Assembly (NCBI GenBank): GCA_000004985.1
Contig: GG738877.1
DNA: 64,000 nt
Source: Naegleria gruberi
Taxonomy: Eukaryota
Reading direction: 5' to 3' (one strand)
Shown one piece after another: positions 44,473-56,349 of this stretch. The position numbers and the translations under genes were made by a program. Each line of letters opens with the position of its first letter. Position 1 is the stretch's first letter. Below the pieces are notes generated by a model, which had not been told where the DNA came from, did no database searches, and saw nothing but the letters and a program-made list of their open reading frames with translations.

Positions 44473-47273
44473 ATGGATAAATTTGACTTTGGGGTTGTCA
44501 TTGAGAAGGCAAAACAGTTTGGTGTTGCTCTTGCAGAGGGAGAACTTCAAACAACAAAGAATTTGGAAAATGTTAGTTCGGAAATCCATAATATTCAATC
44601 AAAGAATACATTACTACATAATCAAATTACAACTCTCTGTTCCGCACAAGTAGAAGAAGCACAAATTGCTTTAGGCTTAATTAATTCATCACAAGTTGTT
44701 TTGAAGGAAGTTAAAAAAGAGTAAGTATGAAACATCTTTGAAATCAAGATCATTGTTAAAATCTAGATTTTCAGGATTAAAAGAAAAGGCAAAGAAAGGA
44801 CAAGAAATTATTAGACGTTATTCAACAATTAGACAAGCTTTTACAACCCTTAATACCCTAGGGAAAACAAGAGAGTGGATTGCCAGATTACTTCACTTGA
44901 AGAAGGAAATTGCGGAAATTAAGTCAATTCTAAAATCACAAATTGAAGAGTTTGGAGATGAAGAAAATGAGGAAGAGGAAGAAGAGGAGGAAGAAGACGA
45001 ATTTGGAGATATTGATTTATCAGTTTATGGATTTGATGATTCTGGTATTGATGGAGACTCTCATAATATTCTTATCGTGATTTATGAAAGATTATGTGGA
45101 TTGGAAGAATTTAGAATGAAAGTGTTGGAAGAGACTTCAGATAACCAAGGAATCAAGAATGTTTTTATGAGTTATTTGGCAGTTATAGATTCTGCATCCA
45201 GACTATTCTCAAAGACCTTGGAAAAACATTTTGATCATGCTGTTGGATTGTCAAGTGAGGAACCAGAAAAATTAATGCAGGCAATAAGAATTATGGAAAG
45301 AGAAGAGAAGAAGAAGAGTTTGGTTGATGCTGGCCTTAATCTAGGAGATGAGGACGAGGGTATTACTATGTATTCATATAAGAATTATAGACAAATGTTT
45401 AGTGACTCTCTGCAACGATACATCAGAAATACCCTTCGATATGAAGTTCAGAATGATGAAAATGTGGAGGAAATTACTTCTAAAATGTATAATTTAATTG
45501 AAGGAGAAATGGAAATTATTGAAAGAAATATGGTTCCTTGTTTCCCATCAAAGTACAAAATTATTGAAACCTGTATTTATTACTTTGACACTGAAGTGAG
45601 GTCAATTCTTGGAGAATTCATACATGAAGATGCAGACAATATTACAAGAGCTCAAATACGTAAGTTTTTATTAGTATCAAAAGAGTAACAAATCTGTAAT
45701 ATAGTTGCTTGGCTCGGTAATTATCCTAAAGTTTACGAAATCTACAATGATGATTTGGAAAATGTTAAAATTGATTATAGTGCATTAATAATGGATCTTC
45801 AGTCAACAATTAATATTACCTTCTTTGTAAGTTTGTTATTAGAACATTGTTGACCCTTGATTTTAAGAATTCCTTATTAGAATGGAGAGAGAAATTGGTT
45901 AACAACCTTTTCAACACAATTAAGAAAGACTCTAGTGATGAAAAAGGTTTTCTAATACAGGATGATATGCTGTACACATATGGACCAATAGATTTTTTCA
46001 GTTTCTTAGATCAGGCATTCAGATCGATTGCAGAATGTGGAATTATTCCTGTACGTAGTTTTGTAATTTTTGATTTGGAAAACAATTATTTGAAAAGCTC
46101 ATGCAACAAGTTATTTTGAATATCAGACAAACATTGTCTGACTATGCTGCAACACTTCTTGATGGTGTTAAAAGTAAGTAGATGTGATTTTATAGAATTT
46201 ACAAAAGTGTTAAAGAACATGTTGATAAGATTACAATCAAAAGATTGATAGCTCTAACAAACGACTGTTCGAAATGTATCCTATTCACCAATGATTTGCA
46301 AGAACAAATTATTGAGGCATTGCCTTCTGTAAAATTATCAGAAATTACAATGGAAGAAGTCACTCTAGGATTCACAAATCTTTCAAAAGAGTTGATGAAT
46401 CTTATTTGTAATGTATTCATATCTAAATCTTCACCACTATTAGAAAAGCTGTTTACAAAGGATTGGTATGTCAACAAAGGAGAGAGAACCTGTGTTACTG
46501 ATGCTCTTTCATTGATGCAAGATGATATCCAGCTCCCAATTGACTACATGGAATGGGAAAATGTCGTTACAATTGTTACCACCGTTTTTAATGATTTTGT
46601 ACAAAAGTATTTTGATGCATTCATGACAAGGAAGTTTGTTTTATCAGAGGCAGAAAGAGAGATTGTGATCAGTGAGGTTCATGCTAGTGAAGAGTTTTTA
46701 CCTCCTGAAGATGATCATGATTGGGTATCAGGAATCCTCAAACCATTAAGAATGTTATTGGATGTTTTTAGTACCATTGATGATGAAGATCTTTTACAAT
46801 GCATGTCAGACTCAACAAGCACATTCCCAGACCTTGGTGAAATTGTATTTGACACCTTAATTAGAAAGTCTGGTTTTTCAAAGGAAGCTACTGAGCTGTA
46901 TCTTTCAACTTGTGCAAGCTTTTTTAAAACCAAAAGCAAACTCAACCAAGGTAAAAACACAAAGAAATCAATCTTTGGAGCTTACAACCCAGTTGAAAAA
47001 CCAATTGAAAAAGTCGATCCAAAGAAGAAAGCTCCAGAAAAGAAGAAAAAGAAGAAACTTTTGGACAAAATGTTCTCTTCTGAGGCTCCACAACCAGTTA
47101 GTTTGAGTTTGTCTGGCTCAGTTGACATGGATGATGAAATTGAGGAAAAGAACGAAATTCCAAAGAAACCTGAACCAACCAACACTGGCTCAACAAGCTC
47201 TTCCAACCCTAAAACCAAAAAAGACAAAGTACAAGAGATGAATTTAATGGATTTCCTTGGAGATGACGATTAA
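44473..47273 (+). CDS. EXOC3: exocyst complex component Sec6 (EXOC3 homologue); 6 exons, ~859 aa
   Basis: Exons are 44473..44720, 44767..45659, 45705..45826, 45868..46050, 46098..46173 and 46216..47273. Introns are 46, 45, 41, 47 and 42 nt, all with GTAAGT or GTACGT donors, and phases are consistent. IRIMEREEKKKSL matches VRIIEREEKIDRR. VPCFPSKYKII matches VQCFPPHYEIF. LMQQVILNIRQTLSDYA matches LCLQQMNSFLSRYKDEA. FNDFVQKYFDAFMTRKF matches FNDFAKIKKPYKKRMT. A poly-Glu tract lies at 44958-45000. An alternative 28-nt first intron, with acceptor at 44748, is also in phase but shorter than any other intron here. Confidence 0.8.
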
Positions 47274-47319
47274 TCAAATGTACAGTTAAATTAAGGTTTA
47301 TTAAAAAGACAGTTAGTGA

Positions 47320-48818
47320 TTAGTTTTTGTCAGTTAGTTTTTCAGCTAGGATTTTTTCAATCCAATAAATCCATTTATCAACACACCCTTTCACATCTTC
47401 AATAATATAATCTCTACCAGGTGTCTTGATAATCATGTCTTTGTCGGATTTCTTCACGAGCTTGACAGATTTTGAAAGGGGAATAAAACCCTTGCAAACT
47501 CTTGCATCAAAGTCTATGTACATAAGTCTTGGAAAATCAGTTAGAATGAGTTGTCTCTTCTTGGCAGTTAATTTTCTTCGCTTAACTACCTTTCTTGTGT
47601 ATACAACAGACTCGTTTTTGAGTAAAAATAGTGAGTATTTCTCATTGAGCTTCTCAACAATAAATGGATTCAGTTCATCGAATTCATCTTGCTTATCTTC
47701 AATTTCCAAACTATCTAAATTAGCGAAAGGAACAATGCTTGGAGGTGTTTGATTTTTCAAATTCGAAAAATCAATTCCTTCAAAGAATGGATGAGCCTTC
47801 AATTGTTTGTAACCATCTGAACCAACACCCAATCTTTGAGTAGCATCCAATTGAATCAATTTGTCAACTAAATCTCTAGCGACATAAGGGAATTCAGGTG
47901 GATATTCAAACTCTCTTTTCAGGATCTTTTGGAAAATTAGATATTCAGAATCAGCTTTAAATGGATGAGCTGCAGTTAGTAATTGATAAATAATACAGCC
48001 AAGAGCCCACAAATCAGCTCCTTCATTACATTCTTCATCTTTTAATATTTCTGGTGAAACGTATTGTACAGTACCACAAAATGTTCCCTTTTTACTCTTG
48101 AGTGGCGAATCTCCAACCATCACTTCTTCTTCTTCTGCCTTTTGAATTTTAGCTGTTCCGAAATCAGTAATTTTTACATGCATATCTTTGCTCAGGATGA
48201 TATTCTCAGGCTAAATGATAACAATATGAATATTATTTTAAAACAATGTAAAACAACATACCTTGAGGTCTCTGTGTATTATTCCAAGAGTGTGCATATA
48301 TTCCATGGCATTAACAATTTCGGCTGTGTAAAATTGGGAAGCTTCTAAAGAGAATGGTCCATAATTCTTAATATATGAATAAAGTTCGCCTCCGGGAGCA
48401 AGTTCTAAAGCAAAATCTATTCATCACAAATTCATAATATTAATAATAATAAGTATGTTAGTAATGATGATGATAATAACTTACATAAATGATTGGCATC
48501 TTGGAATGTACAGAATAATTTAATGATGTTATCGTGATCCATCATATTCAGAACTTGTTTTTCCATCTTGACAGTCTTGGTCTTATTCTCCTTCAGAATA
48601 AGTTGCTTCTTGATGATTTTGAGAGCATACTTCTTTCCTGTTGGTTTAAAAGTTGAAATGACAACTCTACTATATGCTCCTTCACCTATTTGTTCTCCCA
48701 TTTCAAAATCCTCTACACTATAGGATTTTCTCTGTGGTTCGCCTCCAACAGAGTGTCTATGTAGTTGGCTATTAACGGCCGTGCTTGTGCTCGTCGTGGA
48801 GGCTACTATAAGACTCAT
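47320..48818 (-). CDS. PDPK1: 3-phosphoinositide-dependent protein kinase 1 (PDK1) with a C-terminal PH domain; 3 exons, ~459 aa
   Basis: Exons are complement(48485..48818), complement(48262..48416) and complement(47320..48210). Introns are 68 nt (GTAAGT..ATAG) and 51 nt (GTATGT..TTAG). [74 protein letters not shown] matches human PDK1 almost residue-for-residue (YFGLSYAKNGELLKYI...[46 protein letters not shown]). The C-terminal PH-like region ends ...KGFIPLSKSVKLV...DKWIYWIEKIL. Confidence 0.85.
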
Positions 48819-49977
48819 TTTTTCTTCCGCACAATTATACTATTTCTTTTCTTTGTGATTGGTTATTGTTTTTCAATCGAGTTGCCAAGTGTAGAATGTT
48901 CTTCTTATCTTGAAGAGAAAACTTCTTGTTCTACTACTGAATTATGTAAGGATTAATTCTCAACAACAAACACAGTGTTTGAGGTTTGTTGTTTGTTTTT
49001 TTGAGCTTTAAAATGAACCAACGACAAATTGAGAAAGTCGAGAGTTCAGATTAGAAATTCACTGGTCACAGTGAGGAATGAGGCAATATATTTGGCAAAT
49101 TGTTGGAAAAAGCTCCAATAATAAATTGCTCTGTCTTTAGAGGCACACGTATATAAAAGATAAGACACTTGAACAGTAAATGTTTAAATGTCTTAAACGG
49201 TTCCTGCAAGATAACAATAAGGGCGGTAAAACTCTTGTAAAAATCTTTCACTGAAAATGTTGTTGTACAGTATCAGAGAGGGTGACAATGATCTTGGACA
49301 CGTATTATTATTCAGCAAAAACGATTTGCTTGGGCAGTACTGCTTGTTGGTTGGTTGGCAGTAGAGAAAGAATTCTTTCACGTGTTGGATGTTTTTTTAG
49401 GTTTGTTTCCTTAATATTGACCGATCCAAACAACTATTAAAGCCATTCATGATGTATACGCAGTGCACAGAATAAATCAACATCACTATAGATTGTGAAG
49501 AGAGTTATTTCGTATTCAGTGGATTCGGTTGAATACATTGATGGATCTCCATTCAATGCCTCGCAGGAGGCTTTAGAGACAAGAAGGAAAGAACACAATT
49601 GATACGGTTTAATAGAGTCAATTGAGGGTATTAACCTTTCAATAATTTTGACAGTTTGATAGAGAGAAAATATCTACTAGGAACTTGTTCCAAATATTAG
49701 AGAGATGAATGTTTATTATTTCACAAAATGACAGATTGTGATGTATATACTTGATCTCTCTTGACAATTCCATCCGTGTTGTATGAGCGGGGATGAGATT
49801 GGATATTGAAGGTAATAGGAGTCAGTTTTTGGAAATCCCTTTTTGAATTTTTACAACGTATCAATTTTGTAACTTTTAATTATTAAGCAACAGTTTAATT
49901 AAGATCAATAGTAATATATTCTTGTTTTACAGAAATGCAAATCTAATTCTTCCAACTGTTGGTTAACAATCAAAAAA

Positions 49978-50957
49978 ATGAGTGAAAATCGTGGCCTCCC
50001 ATTTTCTCTCGCCAACGATTTTCAAGTTGAAAGGATTCTTGGTTATGACGCAAAACAAAAATTAATTGTCTTGTTGGGAAATGTAAATTCTGTGCGTACG
50101 ATTGTTCTGATGGAAAAGACACAATTTCCAATCGATTCCCATGAAATTATTCAAGATTGGATGAGTTTAGTGGGAGAGCCTTCGGGATTAGGATTGCAAC
50201 AAGTGATTGGAAATGATAAATATTACATGCTCAATCTTCCAGTGAGAGCTTCCGATGATTTTAATTTAATTAAATCAACCATGTATGTTTTTGGATGATT
50301 AATGTGGAATTAAAACATAATAGAATTTATCCTGCTGATGAGAGTGACATTCAAAAGTATTCAATTGAAAATTATGTTTTAATTCAGGAAACACCACTTA
50401 TTTTCAATACAATCACAAAACCTTACATTGATAATATACCAAAGGAGCAATTGAAATGGGTTGATAACTTGCTAGCAAAGGAGAGTGAGGTGGAACATTT
50501 AATTTTTGAAGATACAGAGTCTGATGAGGATTTACGGTTCATGCTTCATCCAGATATGAAGTTTGACAAGGTTGATAGAAATCAATTATACTGTATTGCT
50601 TTCTGCTTTAACCCTGAAACCAAAAGTTTACGAGATTTAAGTACTGAAAGACATTTATTAATGCTAAAGAATATTCGAGATAAGGGATGTGATGTCATTT
50701 TGAAAGAATTTGGAGTGAAGAGAGAAAAACTGAGAATTTTCGTACATTACTGGCCTTCATTCTTCAAATTCCATGTCCATTTCACAAACATAGATAACGT
50801 AAATGTGAATAATGCTGTGGAGAGGGCTCATTTATTGGATGACATAATTGAAAATATGGAACTTTTTGGATTGGATTATTATCAAAAGAAAACGTTAACT
50901 GTTGCATTGAAAAAATCGCACAAACTTTATCCCAAGCTCAGTTCAGATAAAGAATAG
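49978..50957 (+). CDS. DCPS: scavenger mRNA decapping enzyme DcpS (HIT family); the frame is broken once at a T5 homopolymer
   Basis: ATG at 49978. The N-terminal domain reads LPFSLANDFQVERIL...LIVLLGNV...TIVLMEKTQF. The frame then jumps +1 at 50288-50292 (GTTTTTGG) into the second ORF (NVELKHNRIYPADESDIQKY, matching DcpS NDVKTTVVYPATEKHLQKY). That ORF carries the HIT region KLRIFVHYWPSFFKFHVHFTNI....VERAHLLDDIIENME (DcpS: [20 protein letters not shown]....VERAHLLAEVIENLE). Adding one T gives the continuous reading ...STMYVFWMINVELKHN.... Confidence 0.75.
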
Positions 50958-50961
50958 TTTA

Positions 50962-53451
50962 TTACCTTTCCTCTACTTTCCATTCCTCATAGTATTTCAG
51001 CTGGGATGGCTTTAGAGATGGAGAAATCATTTGAAGAGCCTTTTCAAAATCTTCCACCCTTATAGAGCCTTTTTCATCATTATTCGATAATATTGTTCTT
51101 GAGAGAGCATTCAAACCAGCTCTTTGACAAATATTTGAAATATCAGCACCTGAATAGAATTTTTCAGTATTTTCCACAAAATTTCCTATTCTTTCAATTA
51201 CATCACTATCCACTCTCATACCCTTAATGGACATTTCAAAAATAGACTTTCTAGCTTCTCTATCTGGAGGACCAACATAGAGTGTATGCTCAATTCTTCC
51301 AGTTCTTAGTACAGTTGGATCTAATTTATGTGGTACGTTTGTGGCTGCAATCACAATAACACAACCTTTCGATTGACTTGAATTATCATTTGAAAATTCT
51401 GCACTTTCCAAAGAGTCTAGCTCCAAAATTAGTTGAGAAATTAAACGTTGTTCTCCACTAGAGGAATCCATTCTGTCACCAAAAATGGCTTGAATTTCAT
51501 CAAAGAAAATGACACAAGGACTTGCCAATTTGGCTCTCCTAAAAACTTCTGCTAGGGTTTTCTCAGATTCACCAACTTCTGCTTTGATAAGATCTGGAAT
51601 ATTTATGGAAATGAAGTTAGAACTAGATGCCGTGGCAACAGCTTTTGCAATTCTGATGAAATAAGAATAATTCAAACAAAAATCAATAGTACTTACAAAG
51701 TCTTACCATTACCTGGTGGTCCATAGAGCAGCAGACCAGTAGGTGGCTTAATTCCCATTCTTATGTATGACTCGAAATGTTTTAGTGGCCAAACAATCAT
51801 CTCATTCAGTTTTTTCTTCACCTCATAAAGACCACCAATATCTTCCCAATTAACCTTTGGTATTTGAGGAATGGTGAGAGTTTGCGAAGCTTGTCTGATT
51901 GAATACGGTTCAATTTCTTTCAATTCCTCCATAATTTCAACTCTTTGTATTGACAATTTATCACCTCCACTCTTCAGACGATTAATATTGGCTCTATGTA
52001 CGCATTTAGCACAAACCATAGCAATGTCTGCTTGTACCATACCATGGAAATGGTTGTAGCTGATATCCTTCAAGCAACCATCTACGTCTCCATAAGTTTT
52101 TGAATCAGCTTCACTCATTTGAATGGTGATTGGTTTGGTATTAAGTAATAATGATTTAAATATTTCGAAACGTTCATCATTACTTGGAACATCAATGGTA
52201 ATATGCTCTTCAAACTTTTGTTTTACAAATGAATCTAATCTATCCGCATGACTTGTAATACCAATCAAACAAATAGGATATCGTGACATTTCCAAATTAT
52301 GGAACACTGAAACAAGTTGGTTAATTAACAATAAGTCTTTTGATTCTTCATCATCTGGAAACAGAATATCAATCTCATCAATTACAACTATTAATTATTT
52401 TAGGTTTTCAGTAGAAATATTATAGCACTTACACAAACATGGGTAGAGGCTTTCAGCTTCTTTCATTTGGGTTTCTAAATTGAAAACTCCTTCCTCCTCT
52501 TGATATATTTTCTCGTAGAGAGATGATGGAGAAAGTTTCTTAATATTAACATTCAAGTCTTTAGCAATATTGAAAATGAGTGAACTCTTTCCATTTCCTC
52601 CAGCTCCACTGATTAGAAAACTCCTAATTGGATTAATTCCAGCTAATCCACTAACTGAATGTTTAATGATGGAAAGTATGGTATTATACTGCTCTCCTTT
52701 CCAATAATTATTTTCTTTCAAACTCTCAGTATTCAGTTTATCAAAATCAAATATTATTCTCGTATTTTTAATTGAAATCCTTCCCCATTCATTGGATTCT
52801 GATTTATAATATTTAAAGAATATTTTAAAGTGGATGAAATCTGTTGTGTCAGGGTTGAAAACATCAATTGGTATAGAAATTATTGATGCATTCTTTACAA
52901 AACACATTTGTGTTAAAAATTCTTTGACGTCTGTCTTGTTAAATCCACAAATTCATAGAATACCTACAATTTTTGTTCAAATTGACAATTTTCTCAGATC
53001 CTCCTTCAAAATGAGGTGTCAAAATGATCCTCTGAATTTTATCAATTTCACTCTTTAATCCAATTTTAACAATTTCCAACTTGGTTCCTTCAGTAAATTT
53101 AAACTTCCTCATTGCAATTTCATTCATATATAATTCCTTGTCCACACTCTCGGATTTAAAATTCGATTTCAAAAGACCCAATGATGGATCAATATATAAC
53201 TTGAACACCAATTCTTCCTTTTCATCATCATGATTAATTTCTTTAATTTTAATAAATAATTGTTTGTGATGGTGCACATTTTGTGCTGGTGATTCAGATG
53301 ATGATTTGGAAAATATATTCAAAATTCTGGCAACAGCAGGAGAGATGATGACTGTGAAAATATCGGATACTTTGTGTTTTCCAACCAATTCTCTTTTTCG
53401 TTTTGTTAATTGAGAGGGATAGTATCGGAGTGAATAGCTTTCTTGTTGCAT
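50962..53451 (-). CDS. two-ring AAA+ ATPase of the Pex6/Pex1-like type; D1 is degenerate and D2 canonical; 4 exons, ~787 aa
   Basis: Exons are complement(52968..53451), complement(52433..52930), complement(51697..52387) and complement(50962..51652). Introns are 37 nt (GTAGGT..ACAG), 45 nt (GTAAGT..ATAG) and 44 nt (GTAAGT..ATCAG), and phases are consistent. ATG at 53451 (MQQESYSL). D1 Walker A is the degenerate ISGAGGNGKSSL, with Walker B VIDEIDILF. D2 Walker A GLLLYGPPGNGKT|LIAKAVATAS is split by an intron. D2 Walker B is VIFFDEIQAIF, with a sensor/Arg finger in ATNVPHKLDPTVLRTGRIEH. It is tail-to-tail with DcpS, 4 nt apart. Confidence 0.8.
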
Positions 53452-53592
53452 TTTTTTGATACAAACAAAAAGTGAATTATTCACTAAAACAATGAATTTG
53501 CTATATTCACTTTATTAAATTGAGAATATTTTGAAACAAATTATTGAAGAACAAAAATTGAACTTTGAAATCAAATAAATGATTGTAAAAAA

Positions 53593-54677
53593 ATGTCTTT
53601 ACTTGAATTACCAACCGAGTTGTTGATTCACATTATAAACTTTCTTCTTCCAATGCCATCTGCTAGTTTTCCCTATTTATTAATGAAAAATTCTATTAAA
53701 CAAATGGCAATATTGCAGTCAGTGAATTCAAAGATTCTTTCGGAACGAATTTCTGATTTCACAAATGAATTTTGGTGGAATTTGATAGAATGTGAATGTG
53801 GAATCCGATTGGATGTACAAAAAGAAAAACAATTACTAATCAATAACAAACAAATGAAGAGGAAATGTTTACTTTTTCTTAGGATTCGACAGTTGGCAAG
53901 ATTAAAAAAGAAAGCACAAGTTACCAAGGAATTGGATATTCACAACAGAAAACAAGATATTCTCATTCTTGTATTTGGAAATGGTTTGTAATCATATGTG
54001 TATTCATAAATTCTCAAAAAAACAAATAGATGGAGCAAGTGGACAATCAAATATGGTTGAAAATTATATTTACAATAATTTCCAAATGTCGTATGATCCC
54101 ACAGTGGAAGATACGTTCATAAAAATAGTGGAAATGGATAGTGTAAAGTATGTGTTAGAGATTGTTGATTTAGGTAGGTGGAATAAATTATTTCGATAAA
54201 CATCTGATTTATTAAGCAACTTCTGGATCTTTGAGGGACTTGCAGAATGCTCAGAATGAAATTCGATCAACAAATTCTTTCATTCTCCTTTCAAGCTTGA
54301 GTTTGGACATTCAGCAGTGTGATTCAGATTATAAAAAGTGGATGGAGCAGATCAAGTCAACCAAGCAAAACATATCTGCTTGTCCCTTAATAGTACTCAT
54401 TAAGAACGAGGCCAACGTTGAACAAAAAAGTACAATATCACAATGGGTTAATTTCTTTAGTCCACTTTTTCAATCTCTTTCAATGAATAATTATTGTTTC
54501 ATGGAAATGAAAACAAGAAAAGATGTTCCACTTGTGTTTTTAGAGTGTGCCAGAAGAGTTATCAATGCTCGGGATTTTGATTTGCCATCGGTCATACAAG
54601 AATTGAAAGATGTTATCAAGAATGATTCTCTACTTTTAAACCCATCTACCAATAAGTCACGATGTGTACTAAATTGA
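53593..54677 (+). CDS. F-box-like / Ras-like small GTPase-fold protein with degenerate nucleotide-binding motifs (putative pseudoGTPase); 3 exons, ~332 aa
   Basis: Exons are 53593..53986, 54030..54182 and 54226..54677, with two 43-nt introns (GTAATC..ATAG and GTAGGT..TAAG) in consistent phase 1. The N-terminus has an F-box-like LPTELLIHIINFLL. The Ras-like core reads ILILVFGNG|YGASGQSNMVENYIYNNFQMSYDPTVEDTFIKIVEMDSVKYVLEIVDL|ATSGSLRDLQNAQNEIRSTNSFILL...CPLIVLIKNEANV...FMEMKTRKDVPLVFLECARRVI. The G1 lysine is replaced by Gln. In G3, DxxG is replaced by DLAT. G4 NKxD reads KNEA. G5 SAK reads MKT. An alternative first donor at 53984 (GTTTGT, 47-nt intron) gives a less P-loop-like FGNDGASGQS. Confidence 0.6.
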
Positions 54678-54706
54678 AAATAGTATTCAAGGTAAAAAAC
54701 TAAAAT

Positions 54707-56084
54707 TTACTCATGTTTTGTCTTCTTTTGTCGTGGTGCCAAATCAACTTCATCATCTTCGGCAGGTATTGAGGCAATTTGTTCAGGAGTGAGTTCTTTA
54801 GATAAATCTTCATTGTCATTGAAATGGAGAGCCTTGTGTAAATCGTCGAAGCCTTTACATTTGGCAAGTCGTTCGTATAATTTGGTTTTGGCATGAGTTT
54901 CAAACATTCTCTTCAGAATATATTTGGAAAGCCCAGAGTGATAATTATACTTGATCAATTCGTCCAAAAGTTCTTTTGCAACAACCAATTTATCCAATAA
55001 AACTTTTTCCTTTCTGAAAATACTCAAATTCCACATAGCTCCTCTTGCTGTTCAATTAAGTGAAAATTTTTGAATTAATTATTTAAATGAAACGCAGACA
55101 CTTACCAATCATGACAGAGGAACACCCTGTTAAATCCTTAATTCGGTCAATATCTTCTGGTTTAAAAACATCACCATTGGCAATGATTGGAACTTTGGTA
55201 ATCTTTGAAACTGGATCTACTAAATGGGAATGGGCTTTTTCTCTTGGTCTTTGTGGAATATATCTGGCATGAACACAAATGGCTGTGACACCAGTAGCTT
55301 GTAATTTTTCGTATAATTCTATAGTATTTTCGGTTGTATCTAAGAGTCTGATTTTGCATGTCACAGGTTTTCCGTGCTTTTCTTGAATTCCCTTTACAAG
55401 AGCTCTCAAAATTGCAAATGCATTTTCTTGATTTTCTGGTCGTAACAATGCAGAACCCATTCCTCCTTTAACTGAAAATTTCTTTGGACATCCCATATTT
55501 ACATCAATAGCATCATAACCATCTATCATCAATTCAGCAACTTGTAAAGCAAGCTCTGGAGATGAAGTACCAAGTTGAAGGACTGTTGGCACTTTTTGTG
55601 ACGCAGTCGGAGAGTCACTTTCTTTATCTACAACTTCCACTTGATAAACAATATTTCCATCATGACCAATGTAATCTATGGTTTTCAATTTTTCATTATA
55701 TACAGGTTTACATTTAATAAGTTTCTTATCCACTAATTCCTCAGAGTAGACAATATCTGCACCAAAACGAGCAGCAAGTCTACGGAATGGAAGACCATTC
55801 ACTCTTACCATAGGTGCTAGAATTACTTTGTTTGTGTAATCGATAGGAATGACTGGTCTTTTCGGAATGTTACTATTTGTTGTGGTTGTTGCCTCTGTTG
55901 CAACAGATGATGCTTGTTGTTCCGATAACATGATGTTATTATTATTCAAAGTAGTGGTCACTGAAAACTTTCTTCCAACAGAATCAACAGAATGAAGATT
56001 AAAAGGAAGAGCAGCAAAACCCAACTTGTTATTGGTGGTGAGAATTTTTTTAGGGTGGAAGTGCTTGGAGAGGATGCTCTTCAT
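54707..56084 (-). CDS. tRNA-dihydrouridine synthase (Dus family); 2 exons, ~439 aa
   Basis: Exons are complement(55106..56084) and complement(54707..55047), with a 58-nt intron GTAAGT..AACAG. ATG at 56084. Dus motifs ILAPMVRVNGLPFRRL, IDVNMGCPKK and ICVHAR are present. The splice recreates the conserved ...SVMIG|ARGAMWNLSIF motif (compare GVMIGRGALWNPWIF). The ORF-track ORF 54707..55036 is therefore the terminal exon, not a separate gene. Confidence 0.85.
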
Positions 56085-56349
56085 TTTTTGGATTGCACTT
56101 CAAGTTTTTCATGGTAACACAAAAACCTTCATCTGTTTAATTCAGTATTGAATAATAATGTTCGATATTTTCAACATTGGAAGGTGCAACACACAAGTGA
56201 ACAGTTCAAACTTGTTATGATTATTGTTGAATAGAATGGACGACGCACTGAAGGGAGTGAATTAAAGTACTGACATACAACCACCTATATCAACTTACAA
56301 ACTACAATTAGGCGGGAAGCCGGGAAGGAAAAAACAACAAACAAAAAAA

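Noticed and set aside
50241-50323. Candidate introns (GTGAGA at 50241, GTATGT at 50284, acceptor ATAG at 50323) to repair the DcpS frame
   Set aside because: None gives a phase that joins the two DcpS domains. A one-T indel in the T5 run is more parsimonious.
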